Source: an uncultured Candidatus Saccharibacteria bacterium
GTDB lineage: Bacteria > Patescibacteriota > 4484-211 > JAGQKX01
Length of the DNA stretch: 64,000 nucleotides
NCBI GenBank assembly: GCA_964392315.1
Contig: CAYMOT010000001.1
Span: 9,042-73,041, forward strand
Direction: 5' to 3'
Shown: piece after piece, positions 30,999 to 40,743 of the stretch
Position numbering within the stretch: the first letter of the stretch is position 1
Layout: every line of letters starts with the position of its first letter
Program-made: the position numbers and the translations under genes
Notes under the pieces: model-generated
Seen by the model: only the letters and a program-made list of their open reading frames with translations
Told to the model about the DNA's origin: nothing
Database searches by the model: none

Positions 30999-31388
30999 TT
31001 GATCATGAACGAAAAAGTACAAGAAATTATCACAAAAGTTGAAGAGTTAACCGTACTAGAACTTGCTGAACTAGTTAGTGCGCTAGAGGAAAAATTTGGT
31101 GTTGTCGCTGCAGCACCGGTTGCCGCAGCAGCTCCAGCAGGAGGCGGCGCAGCTGCAGGTCCAGCTGAGGAAAAGACCGAATTTACTGTCGTCATTACCG
31201 CATCTGGCGATCAAAAGATCAATGTCATTAAGGCAGTACGCGAACTGAATGGCGAACTCGGCCTCAAAGAGGCAAAAGATTTGGTCGACAATACTCCTTC
31301 AAACATTTTAGAGAATGTTGATAAGGAAAAGGCAGAAGCTGCAAAGGCTAAGCTGGAAGAAGTCGGCGCAAAGGTGGAGCTTCAGTAA
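30999..31388 (+). CDS. rplL: 50S ribosomal protein L7/L12
   Basis: The N-terminal dimerisation helix is followed by an Ala/Pro/Gly hinge ([20 protein letters not shown]) and a C-terminal domain ...[25 protein letters not shown].... Confidence 0.9.
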   Translation: MIMNEKVQEIITKVEELTVLELAELVSALEEKFGVVAAAPVAAAAPAGGGAAAGPAEEKTEFTVVITASGDQKINVIKAVRELNGELGLKEAKDLVDNTPSNILENVDKEKAEAAKAKLEEVGAKVELQ

Positions 31389-31558
31389 ATTTTTGCAGTT
31401 AGGTAAAGAGATCGGTATGGTGAGGGGGTTAGGTTTATAAAGCCTTTCCCGCCTCACTTTACCAAACTCGTTTCTTTCTCACTTCCCTACCTTCCCAAAA
31501 ACCACTTCCTACCCTTTATCCGCTTAACTCAACAACCACTCGCCCAAAATGATACTTT

Positions 31559-31987
31559 TTGATATACTTCAAACCATCAAAACCTATGACAAACACCGTG
31601 CTCTTTCCAGATTACCCCGAACTCCTGACAACTAAAGAAGTCGGCAAAATTTTGGGGGTACAGAAAATTACACTCATAAGATGGGCAAAAAGCGGCAAAT
31701 TGGTTCCTGAAATTCGCCTCAATGAACGAGGAGACAAGCGCTATACTAAAAGACAAATATTGGCATTCCTCGGTCAGACAACCCCTGAGACTCCCCTCTT
31801 TGCTGATTACCCTGACTTGTTAACGACAAAACAGGTATGCGCCATGCTCAGCGTTCGTAAGGTGACCCTCATTCGCTGGGCAAAAAGCGGACAGCTCGTT
31901 CCTGAGATTCGCCTTAATGAGCGGGGAGACAAACGCTACACCAAACCTCAAATCTTTGCATTCTTAGGCCTCACGTATGGCATGTAG
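31559..31987 (+). CDS. protein made of two tandem excisionase/MerR-type (HTH_17-like) helix-turn-helix domains
   Basis: Two ~70-aa repeats: FPDYPELLTTKEVGKILGVQKITLIRWAKSGKLVPEIRLNERGDKRYTKRQILAFLG and FADYPDLLTTKQVCAMLSVRKVTLIRWAKSGQLVPEIRLNERGDKRYTKPQIFAFLG. The duplication is visible at the DNA level. Confidence 0.6.
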   Translation: MIYFKPSKPMTNTVLFPDYPELLTTKEVGKILGVQKITLIRWAKSGKLVPEIRLNERGDKRYTKRQILAFLGQTTPETPLFADYPDLLTTKQVCAMLSVRKVTLIRWAKSGQLVPEIRLNERGDKRYTKPQIFAFLGLTYGM

Positions 31988-32037
31988 GAGGTGTCTTCGG
32001 AAACGAATCAACGCCTCAAGCTTTGAATAGTCTGTTC

Positions 32038-33495
32038 TTACTTCTTCTCAAAAGGAAGCGACTTTTCGTATAGAAGTTTATACTGGGCAGCGGAACGATC
32101 CCACGAGAAAATGCTTTTTAATGCATCGGTAACGATCGGGAGCCATACTGCTTTATCATGGTACGCTGAAACAGCGCGCATGATACCATCCCACATTGCG
32201 TTCCCCGTGTAATCTTTAAATACAAAGCCATTTTTGTTATCCATTACGGTATCATTGAGTCCTCCAACCCCACGAACGATGGGGACCCCACCATACCGCA
32301 TACTGATCATCTGTGTCAGCCCGCACGGTTCGAACCGAGACGGTATCAAAAACATATCAGAAGCAGCATATATCCGGTGCGCAATTTCTTCACTAAATGC
32401 ATCAATGTACTTAATATAGTTTGACTCTGCTGACCATTTTCTAAACCACTCCTCTATCACGGGATCCCCCGTTCCCAAGACAACCAAAGAGAAGTCATCA
32501 TTTGCTACCAGCACTGATTCTATTTCCTTCAGTAAATCAAAACCTTTTTGAAACGCAAGCCTGCTTACCACTCCTATGAGCGGCTTATCTAACTCGACCC
32601 CTTCTATATTGAGTTCTTCGTACAATGCAGCTTTGTTTTTTAATTTAGCGATAAGTGCATCCTTGGGATTATGAACGCTAAATCGGACTGGAATTTTTTC
32701 ATCATTTTCTGGATCCCACACGGTGTTGTCTATGCCGTTGAGTACTCCATAAAGCTTATACCTATTATCCATAAGGACTTTGTCGAGGCCTTCACCAAAC
32801 TCAACTGTCGTTATTTCCTCAGCATACGTTGGAGATACCGTAGTGAGGATATCGCAACTGAGAATACCCTGGAGCAATAAATCGAGATTATCGTCAAGCG
32901 CATCCCACTGTATCGCACCATCACTGATAGTTCTGCTATATCCCAATTTCTCCAAAATACTTAAATCCGAAACTCCCTGGCTTGCAAGGTTATGAATCGT
33001 AAAAATTATTGGAATACGACGGGTCGCGTTTTTTTTGATCAAAAATGGAATAAGCCCGGTGTGCCAATCGTGTGCATGAATGACATCAGGCATCCAATTA
33101 GACTTGTTCACAATATAATCAACTACTGCACGATCAAAAAAGGTAAATCGTTCGAGTTCCGCTATTCTACTCTGTTTTGAATTTACACCAAAGGATGGGT
33201 ATATTTCTCCGTTTCCTATATATTCATCGTTCCCAATACACAAAATATCCAAGCCATCAACCTGACCAGCAAAAATTGTGTATTCAAATGTGTCACCAGA
33301 AAAACCAACCCTCCCGCTATCAACCTGAGTTAGCAAATGCTTATATTTTTCGATAACCGGTTTGTAGAGCGGTATCGCAATCTTGACCCTTACCCCTAAC
33401 TCATAAAGAGCCTTAGGGAGACTCCCTACTACATCTGCAAGACCGCCAACTTTGACCATTGGTGCACATTCAGAGGCAACAAAAAGTACGTTCAT
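32038..33495 (-). CDS. glgA: glycogen/starch synthase (GT5 family)
   Basis: MNVLFVASECAPMVKVGGLADVVGSLPKAL... is the GT5 N-terminal signature. C-terminal GT1-like domain. Confidence 0.85.
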   Translation of the reverse strand: MNVLFVASECAPMVKVGGLADVVGSLPKALYELGVRVKIAIPLYKPVIEKYKHLLTQVDSGRVGFSGDTFEYTIFAGQVDGLDILCIGNDEYIGNGEIYPSFGVNSKQSRIAELERFTFFDRAVVDYIVNKSNWMPDVIHAHDWHTGLIPFLIKKNATRRIPIIFTIHNLASQGVSDLSILEKLGYSRTISDGAIQWDALDDNLDLLLQGILSCDILTTVSPTYAEEITTVEFGEGLDKVLMDNRYKLYGVLNGIDNTVWDPENDEKIPVRFSVHNPKDALIAKLKNKAALYEELNIEGVELDKPLIGVVSRLAFQKGFDLLKEIESVLVANDDFSLVVLGTGDPVIEEWFRKWSAESNYIKYIDAFSEEIAHRIYAASDMFLIPSRFEPCGLTQMISMRYGGVPIVRGVGGLNDTVMDNKNGFVFKDYTGNAMWDGIMRAVSAYHDKAVWLPIVTDALKSIFSWDRSAAQYKLLYEKSLPFEKK

Positions 33496-33570
33496 TCCTT
33501 ATAGCCTATCGAAGGTGGACGTGTTTGGCAACAAACGGTTAGTGCAGGTATAATGTGAATCGCATAAATT

Positions 33571-34806
33571 ATGATACAGTGGTCACCCATTTTTCACTTC
33601 TATCAACCCACAACAAGCACCGAAAAGACCGTCAATACCGTGCTTGAAACATGCTATATGCCTGTCTTAAAGGCATTCCTAAATAACCCTCGTGCACAGG
33701 CAACCTTTCACATTAATGGTTCACTAACCCTATACCTCGAACATGCAGGACATACCCGGTTCTTTGATTCCGTGAAGGAGCTCATACAAAGAGGGCAAGT
33801 TGAGCTCATGGCAGGGCCTGCCTTTCATCCTATTGTCCCGCTTTCCCCTTGGAATATAGTCGAGGAACAAATTGAACAGACGACTAAAATTAATGAGTAC
33901 TTCTATCAGGTACCTCCGTCCGAATTATTGTTTCTACCCGAACTCGCAGCCGATACAGAAACCATTCATCAAACCGGCAATCGCTTCTCATATGTTCTCA
34001 TCGACCAAAGCTCGGTTGATCCAGAGTTTGATACACACCCCATCCCACCAATACGCTGTGTACAATTGGGAGACACTAAACTCGTGGTTAATGCCCGCCT
34101 GATTACTGATATCTTTAGGGCTTATCCACGGGTTATTCAGCCAGACCGCTTAATACAATACCTCCACTCAATTGACCAAGCACAGCTCCCCATCGTCAAC
34201 GCGAACGATGTCGAAGTATTCGGGCATCATTATGAAGAGCGCATACACCTGTTGGAAGATATTCTAAGCCACCCTGACGTTACCTGTATAAAACTATCAG
34301 ATGCGGTGAAGGACCTACCCACAGAAGAGATTACGGAGATTACCGCGTCAAGCTGGCAAACGACCAAACACGAGCTTATTGATAATAAGCCATTTCCAAA
34401 ATGGAATGATACAGCGAACAAACTACAGCAACAGTATGCCCATTTAGCTGAACTTGCGTACAACGGATTACAAAAAGTGGCACGCCCCGACGACGATGTC
34501 GGACTGGTATATAACTCAGCACTACAACACTTTAACCAAGGTATCGCATCATGCCACACTTACTGGCTATCAAACATGCCTTGGTGGCATCCAGAGTTTG
34601 TGGAGGAAGGTGCACAGCATCTCGTTAAAACGCTCCGCACTCTGCCAGTTTCAAAGGAGGATAAACGTGAAGGTGAACATGCGTATACTGAATTACTGAA
34701 AGACATTTGGGATTACCATTGGTCAGGCAAAGTGGAAGAACATTACAAATCGTTTGATGCGCAGCGATACCTGCTTCTGCAAGACTTCCCTAACCTCGGC
34801 GAGTGA
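33571..34806 (+). CDS. glycoside hydrolase family 57 protein (alpha-glucan branching / amylase-type)
   Basis: N-terminal ...IFHFYQP...CYMPVL... matches the GH57 HQP and CYxP motifs. Embedded between two glycogen-synthase genes. Confidence 0.55.
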   Translation: MIQWSPIFHFYQPTTSTEKTVNTVLETCYMPVLKAFLNNPRAQATFHINGSLTLYLEHAGHTRFFDSVKELIQRGQVELMAGPAFHPIVPLSPWNIVEEQIEQTTKINEYFYQVPPSELLFLPELAADTETIHQTGNRFSYVLIDQSSVDPEFDTHPIPPIRCVQLGDTKLVVNARLITDIFRAYPRVIQPDRLIQYLHSIDQAQLPIVNANDVEVFGHHYEERIHLLEDILSHPDVTCIKLSDAVKDLPTEEITEITASSWQTTKHELIDNKPFPKWNDTANKLQQQYAHLAELAYNGLQKVARPDDDVGLVYNSALQHFNQGIASCHTYWLSNMPWWHPEFVEEGAQHLVKTLRTLPVSKEDKREGEHAYTELLKDIWDYHWSGKVEEHYKSFDAQRYLLLQDFPNLGE

Positions 34807-34852
34807 ATGAGATATAAGCTATGAGCTGAATTGATGGTGGTAGTAAGAGCAG

Positions 34853-36430
34853 TTAATCGTGCTCTCCCCGTAACAAGCCTTGCCGATGTACCTGAATTGC
34901 CTTCTCGTACATTTGAACATACTCTTTGGCACGTGACTCCCATGAATTATCCTGCTCCATTGCTTGTTTCTGTATTTCTACCCATATCTTCTTTTGCCGG
35001 TAAATCTCCAATGCTCGCACAATTTGCGCAAAGAATCCCCATACATCAAATTCCTTAAACACAAAACCCCATCCTTCCATGGTTTCGGGTTCAAAATTTT
35101 TGACCGTATCGGCTAACCCCCCAGTTGCGCGAACTATGGGTATCGCACCGTATCGAAGTGCCTCCATCTGTACAATGCCGCAGGGTTCAAATCGAGATGG
35201 GACAAGAATCATATCCGAACCCGCAAACACAAGCCGAGGCAAGGTAAAATCAGGCATTAGATGCACACCCACCTTATTTGGAAAATTCTCATGTAACTCT
35301 TTGAGACGATCGGAGATACGCGGATCTCCCCCACCGACTGCTACAAACTGTACGTTAAAATCCTTCATCAGGGGAGTCATCACATCGGCTATTAAATCAA
35401 CACCTTTCTGCTCTTCCATCCGCCCCACATATCCCAGCATTGGTATAGATGGATCAATCTCTAGATCAAACTCCTCTTGGAGTGCACGCTTATTCTTTCT
35501 ACGTAATTCTAGAGAATTTCGGGTGTAATTCTGCGTTATGAGTTTATCGTTTGAAGGATCGAATTTTTCAAAATCAACACCATTTACTACCCCGACTAAT
35601 TTTCCTCTCACCTCAGTAAGCAGTCTATCGAGGCCTTCGCCAAACTCTGGTTTTAATATTTCTTTCGCGTACGTTTTGGATACTGTTGAGATGTAGTCCG
35701 CATAGATAATTCCTCGACGCAAGAAATTTTGCTTCGACAAACGTTCTGAAAAAAATGGTGCAATCGGGCTATGCCCATCGTCTGAATCCATTTCGCTAAT
35801 CTGATCACGTCGAATGTTGATAAACCAACCTTGCATCATGAGATTGTGAATAGTGAAAAGTGTCGCAATTTTGGATAACTTTGTATTTTGACGATAGGTT
35901 GTTTTTAGGTAGTTTGGTATGTGGCCGGTATGCCAATCATTACAATGAATTATGTTTGGTACCCAATCAGATTGATCAATAAACTCTATTGCAGAGCGCG
36001 ACAAGAGGGCCCATCTTACCGGATCATCTTGATATCCATACACATTATTACGCAGTTCGTAGTACTCACGATTCTCCAAAAAATATACTGGAATGCCATC
36101 TGCACTAACATGTAGCTTAACATTACAGATTAACGCAGATTTGCTCTCATCATCGGTCGGTACTGACAAACTCTCATGGTGCATGTGCATCGGATAGACT
36201 GATTCATCAATAAAGCCAAATTTCGGCATGAATAAGCGAACATCAGCACCCTGTTTTTTGAGCGCACGCGCAAGGTACGCTAACACGTTTGCGTATCCAC
36301 CTACATTTGCAAACGGCGAAACTTCTGCTCCTACAATAAGAATTTTCATCCTTCTGGTATCGGGTAATGTATCGAGCGGGGCAAGCAACTCTTCAAGCTG
36401 ATTAAAGATCTTTGTCGCCATCACGTTCAT
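34853..36430 (-). CDS. second glycogen-synthase-like GT5 glycosyltransferase
   Basis: ...MKILIVGAEVSPFANVGGYANVLAYLARAL... is the GT5 signature. Paralogue of the 32038..33495 gene with a ~35-aa N-terminal extension. Confidence 0.8.
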   Translation of the reverse strand: MNVMATKIFNQLEELLAPLDTLPDTRRMKILIVGAEVSPFANVGGYANVLAYLARALKKQGADVRLFMPKFGFIDESVYPMHMHHESLSVPTDDESKSALICNVKLHVSADGIPVYFLENREYYELRNNVYGYQDDPVRWALLSRSAIEFIDQSDWVPNIIHCNDWHTGHIPNYLKTTYRQNTKLSKIATLFTIHNLMMQGWFINIRRDQISEMDSDDGHSPIAPFFSERLSKQNFLRRGIIYADYISTVSKTYAKEILKPEFGEGLDRLLTEVRGKLVGVVNGVDFEKFDPSNDKLITQNYTRNSLELRRKNKRALQEEFDLEIDPSIPMLGYVGRMEEQKGVDLIADVMTPLMKDFNVQFVAVGGGDPRISDRLKELHENFPNKVGVHLMPDFTLPRLVFAGSDMILVPSRFEPCGIVQMEALRYGAIPIVRATGGLADTVKNFEPETMEGWGFVFKEFDVWGFFAQIVRALEIYRQKKIWVEIQKQAMEQDNSWESRAKEYVQMYEKAIQVHRQGLLRGEHD

Positions 36431-36442
36431 TATACAGCATTT

Positions 36443-37321
36443 TCAATCGGTATTGCCTGCAGTTTTGTAGACATATATGAGCATTTTCAGGGGAAAATAC
36501 GGAAATGCATACAAAATACGCCGAATGCGGGTGGGCTGTGAGATAAGCCGCCAGAACCATTCAAGACCGCTTTTCCTCAATATATATGGTGCACGCTCCA
36601 GGCGGCCGGATAAGAAGTCAACCGTTGCTCCGGCACCAATTACCACATTAGCACTCAAGGTGTTCTTCTGACTACATATCCACTTCTCCTGGAATGGCGG
36701 ACTCAATGACACCACTAACACCTGTGGGCTGAATGAATTAATACGGGAAATTGCATCGTTAAGAACTTTTTTCCCAACTGCGGAATTTATCTGTGTACGA
36801 GATATATCTTCATCTACCCTGTACTTGAGTTGTGGATAGGCATTATGTATATTTTTATGCAACTGCCCAAGGTGTGAATGCCACCCTCCCAAAAAATATA
36901 CCCGCCAAGAATTTTTATTTGCTAATTCAAGTAGTTGTGTCACTAACTCAACGCCTGTAACGCGTGACAGATTAAATTTTTTTTCAAATCTACCAGTTGC
37001 TATGAGAAAGAAAAGGTAGATACCATAGACAAAAAGCTGCATCAGTCTTATAAGGGCGATTCTGCTATAGTTCCTCTCCTTCAGAACTTTTGCCCATAAC
37101 ACACTGATCCCGTCAGGCAAGACTAGATCTGCATCTTCCCATGCGTGTTTAAACTCTGAGTCAAGCTCGGCATATCGCCAAAACGTAGCGTATGGGGTAA
37201 TGACGTTAATTTTCCTTGAATCCTCAATGTGTTGCGCGATCAACTCGATTGCACGATCTGTAGAAACAAAGTGTATCGGTAGATTATGTATTAAAACCGT
37301 ATTATCATTTAGCATAAGCAT
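36443..37321 (-). CDS. WecB/TagA/CpsF-family glycosyltransferase
   Basis: C-terminal ...PFQEKWI...GAGATVDFLSGRLERAPYILRKSGLEWFWRLISQPTRIRR matches the TagA/WecG C-terminal signature. Confidence 0.55.
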   Translation of the reverse strand: MLMLNDNTVLIHNLPIHFVSTDRAIELIAQHIEDSRKINVITPYATFWRYAELDSEFKHAWEDADLVLPDGISVLWAKVLKERNYSRIALIRLMQLFVYGIYLFFLIATGRFEKKFNLSRVTGVELVTQLLELANKNSWRVYFLGGWHSHLGQLHKNIHNAYPQLKYRVDEDISRTQINSAVGKKVLNDAISRINSFSPQVLVVSLSPPFQEKWICSQKNTLSANVVIGAGATVDFLSGRLERAPYILRKSGLEWFWRLISQPTRIRRILYAFPYFPLKMLIYVYKTAGNTD

Positions 37322-37423
37322 TTGATAGGCGTGAACGACAATCCCTTGTCGTGCTCACCATAAAGGCTTAAGGGCCTCTACTTTGCTACTCTGCTAGCGT
37401 TTTTATCTTGTTTCACAGTGAAA

Positions 37424-38461
37424 CTAGCTCTTTGTAACATTTCTTTTATATTTATCCAGATTCTCGATTGCAATCCCTGCACCTCTCACCACACAATGAA
37501 GTGGCTTATCAGCGAGATGCACCGGCACACCTATTTCCCTGCTTATTAATGAGTCAATGTTGCGGAGCTGGCTCGTACCCCCAGACATGACAATTCCCTT
37601 ATCAACTATGTCAGATGAAAGCTCCGGTGGCGTCTCTTCCAATACCGACTTAATTGCGCCGACAAGCTGCGAGAGGTTATATGAAATCGCCTTGGTTACT
37701 TCTGTGGATGTTATGCTAACCGTCTTGGGCAATCCATCAATTGCGTCCCTACCTTTGACTTCAACTGATAAGGCCTTATCTAATGGAAGCGCACTTCCAA
37801 CCTCAACCTTAACTTCTTCCGCCATACGTTCGCCGATTATCAAATTGTGCTGTTTTCTGATATAGTTCGCGATCGCCTCATCGAGCTTATTTCCACCGAC
37901 CTTCTCTGTATTATGCACCACTATTCCGCCCAGTGAGATAACCGCAATATCGGCAGTCCCCCCACCTATATCTACGATCATATTGCCGTGAGGCTCAGCA
38001 ATGGGAAGACCGGCACCAATAGCTGCTGCGAGGGATTCATCTATGAGATAGGCAGAACGAGCTCCCGCAGAAAGTGTCGCATCCATAACAGCTCTTCGTT
38101 CCACACTTGTCACACCTGCCGGTGCACATACCATAACCTCTGGACGTATAAACCTCATCCGTCCCATTACCTTGTTGATGAAATGCCGCAGCATTGCCTC
38201 CGTGATAGCATAGTCTGCAATAACGCCATCCTTCATCGGCCTACTCGCAACAATCGAACCGGGTGTTCTGCCCAGCATTTCCTTCGCCTCGGTTCCTACC
38301 GCAACTACTTTATTATCGTCAGCAGTTACGGCAACAACCGTTGGCTCATTCATCACGATACCTTTCCCGGCCACATAAACCAAGGAGTTTGCCGTACCAA
38401 GATCTATTGCAATACGAGAAGCTGAAAATTTCATGCCTGCATTATATAGCACAAAAGACAA
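37424..38461 (-). CDS. MreB/Mbl-family actin-like protein (second paralogue)
   Basis: ...RIAIDLGTANSLVYVAGKGIVMNEPTVVAV..., ...VDIGGGTADIAVIS..., ...IVMSGGTSQLR.... Confidence 0.85.
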   Translation of the reverse strand: MSFVLYNAGMKFSASRIAIDLGTANSLVYVAGKGIVMNEPTVVAVTADDNKVVAVGTEAKEMLGRTPGSIVASRPMKDGVIADYAITEAMLRHFINKVMGRMRFIRPEVMVCAPAGVTSVERRAVMDATLSAGARSAYLIDESLAAAIGAGLPIAEPHGNMIVDIGGGTADIAVISLGGIVVHNTEKVGGNKLDEAIANYIRKQHNLIIGERMAEEVKVEVGSALPLDKALSVEVKGRDAIDGLPKTVSITSTEVTKAISYNLSQLVGAIKSVLEETPPELSSDIVDKGIVMSGGTSQLRNIDSLISREIGVPVHLADKPLHCVVRGAGIAIENLDKYKRNVTKS

Positions 38462-38515
38462 GCAAGCTTACTTACATTGCAGAGAGGTAGTATTTGTTGA
38501 TATCATAGACATACT

Positions 38516-39685
38516 ATGAATAAACCTGTCATCTCGGGGATTGTCACCATTATTATCTTATTAGGCATATCAGGCGTCATCATGTTTTTCGCACAGGGGT
38601 ATCAGTTCGATATTCGAAACAGAAACCTTGAACAAACCGGTATTTTGACGATAAATTCGGTCCCCGAAGGTGCCCTTGTCTACCTTAATGACGTACCCCA
38701 AGATGTAACGAACAATTCAATCCAAGGCCTCAAACCAGGATCTTATCAACTGCGACTTGAGAAGACAGGTTATCAACCCTGGTCAAAAAAGGCCGATATA
38801 ACAGTAGGCAATGTCACCCAACACACCGCACTGCTAATATCATTATTTCCTGAAATTAAGCCATTAACCCTAACTGGCCTGAGCAACCCCAAACAGAGTC
38901 CCGATGGCCAAAAAATAGCATATACCACATCTCAAAGCGCTAATGATCTGCCAAGCCAGTCAGGCGTTTGGCTTCTAGAGTTCTCCAACAACCCGTTTAA
39001 TATATTGTCTGGTCCTCGGCTACTTTTAACCGACACGCCTACACGAATGTACTCCCAGGCAGAAATAACGTGGGGAGCGGATGAACAAAGCCTTGTGATC
39101 CGAATGCCAGACCAATTATTGTTTATTTACAACACTGAATCACATGATCTGCGCGAAGTAACAAGGGAAAACCTAGAAATTCTTCAAGAAGACTGGGCAG
39201 AACTTGCTACGAAAAAAGAAGAATTACTCCGCGCGCAATTGCCACAAGATATCCAGAACATACTACCTACTACTGCCTCAGGCGCAGTATGGTCACCTGA
39301 TCAAACAAAACTGCTCTATACAGAAATAATAGATAATACCCGTACATATAAGATACTTGACCTAAATCCAACTGAATTTTCGCTACCTGCTCAAAGTGTA
39401 GAAGATGTTGCCTACCACACGGTATTCACTGAGGCGCCTGATAAAAATACTCCCGTTTTGTGGCATCCCGACAGCAGACACATCGTAACGGTAGAAAAAA
39501 TCTCTGAAACAGAAGGGGTGGTAAGTATTATTGAACTCGACGGAGATAACAAATCGGTTATTTATACCGGAAAGATTATGCAGCACAATGTGTTCGTACA
39601 TCCTGATGGGAATAAAGTCCTTATCCACACGAACTTTAGCTCTGAGCAAGGGCAAAACAACCTCTACGCCATTTCATTTAATTAG
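38516..39685 (+). CDS. membrane-anchored PEGA-domain / beta-propeller-like protein
   Basis: N-terminal TM helix. ...TINSVPEGALVYLNDVP...GSYQLRLEKTGYQPW... is PEGA-like. The C-terminal part resembles TolB-like propeller repeats. Confidence 0.45.
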   Translation: MNKPVISGIVTIIILLGISGVIMFFAQGYQFDIRNRNLEQTGILTINSVPEGALVYLNDVPQDVTNNSIQGLKPGSYQLRLEKTGYQPWSKKADITVGNVTQHTALLISLFPEIKPLTLTGLSNPKQSPDGQKIAYTTSQSANDLPSQSGVWLLEFSNNPFNILSGPRLLLTDTPTRMYSQAEITWGADEQSLVIRMPDQLLFIYNTESHDLREVTRENLEILQEDWAELATKKEELLRAQLPQDIQNILPTTASGAVWSPDQTKLLYTEIIDNTRTYKILDLNPTEFSLPAQSVEDVAYHTVFTEAPDKNTPVLWHPDSRHIVTVEKISETEGVVSIIELDGDNKSVIYTGKIMQHNVFVHPDGNKVLIHTNFSSEQGQNNLYAISFN

Positions 39686-39692
39686 ACTGGAT

Positions 39693-40232
39693 TCAATCTC
39701 TAAGGTGTGCTTCTTTCATAATGATGCGCTGCACTTCGCGAGGTTTGGGAACTTTATGGAGTTGTAATTGCGCATCCTGTGAACTGACTTGTACAATAAC
39801 CTCGCCAAACCCGTACAGCGAAGGCTCCATACCGTCTACAAGAGCCTTCACGTCTTGGATCATTGATAACGATGTTTCTCGGTCATCATGGTGAAACAAC
39901 CCATATTGCGAGATCAAAATAATACGTTTACTCGTGACCAGATAAAACGTCCTGCGCCACAAAAAGAGTCTCCATACAAAGAGCACAAAGCCAATAATCA
40001 ATGCAGCACCAGCTAGAAATAGGAGCACGTTGTGTAGCATATCAAGCACCTTCAGATTTTCAATGTAATATGAAGAAATGAACACACCGAATAGAAGAAC
40101 AAATGGTACAAAAAGCCCAATCAACACAGGGTTTCTGAACACGAACCAGTGTTGGCGGATAAGTGCCACAACCTTTTCATTATTTTCCAATTCTATTTGC
40201 TTTGGAACTTCTACATCAACACTATACTCCAT
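39693..40232 (-). CDS. bacterial PH-domain (YdbS/YdbT-like, DUF304) membrane protein
   Basis: Two TM helices followed by ...TFYLVTSKRIILISQYGLFHHDDRETSLSMIQDV.... Confidence 0.5.
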   Translation of the reverse strand: MEYSVDVEVPKQIELENNEKVVALIRQHWFVFRNPVLIGLFVPFVLLFGVFISSYYIENLKVLDMLHNVLLFLAGAALIIGFVLFVWRLFLWRRTFYLVTSKRIILISQYGLFHHDDRETSLSMIQDVKALVDGMEPSLYGFGEVIVQVSSQDAQLQLHKVPKPREVQRIIMKEAHLRD

Positions 40233-40450
40233 ATAGTAACTATAGCACGCTGAACAAGTTAATCTGAACAGCCACCTCTACACATCGTTCTATATCCCCC
40301 AACTACGAGAGATAAGAATCACATCTGCTTAAGAAACGGTAAGCTTTCACGTCCTGCCCTAAAAATAAAAAGCTTGCAAAACCTAGAAACCTTTAGATAT
40401 CTATAGTTACCGTATATTGCGCAAAACACTCATGATGTCGGCGGGAATCG

Positions 40451-40527
40451 TGGTGCCCTTGGAAGGAATCGAACCTTCAGTCTTACCCTTAGGACGGGTC
40501 TGCTTTATCCAATTAAGCTACAAGGGC
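40451..40527 (-). tRNA. tRNA-Arg (anticodon CCU)
   Basis: Acceptor GCCCTTG/CAAGGGC, D-arm GCTT-AATTGGATA-AAGC, anticodon loop GUCCUAA, T-arm GAAGG-TTCGATT-CCTTC. Close to E. coli argW. CCA is encoded. Confidence 0.75.
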
Positions 40528-40594
40528 TGAACAATTTGTCAATTTCTCAATTTCCCACTACAATTATTTTGCAATTGTATCTCATTAAGGACAA

Positions 40595-40630
40595 ATTTGC
40601 TTATTGGTTTATTTGATTATTTGTTTATTT
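40595..40630. promoter_or_regulatory. AT-rich TTTG-phased element ATTTGCTTATTGGTTTATTTGATTATTTGTTTATTT between divergent tRNA-Arg and tRNA-Pro
   Basis: 25 of 27 positions match the rplJ-upstream copy ATTTGCATATTGGTTTATTTGCTTATT. Confidence 0.35.
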
Positions 40631-40642
40631 ATTAGACTTTCT

Positions 40643-40719
40643 CGGGGTGTGGCGCAGATGGCTAGCGCGCAGCGTTCGGGACGCTGAGGTCGGCGGTTCA
40701 AGTCCGCCCACCCCGACCA
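40643..40719 (+). tRNA. tRNA-Pro (anticodon CGG)
   Basis: Acceptor CGGGGTG/CACCCCG, D-arm GCGC-AGATGGCTA-GCGC, anticodon arm CAGCG-UUCGGGA-CGCUG, T-arm GGCGG-TTCAAGT-CCGCC. CCA is encoded. Confidence 0.8.
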
Positions 40720-40743
40720 AAGACCAACATTTCTTATCTTCCC

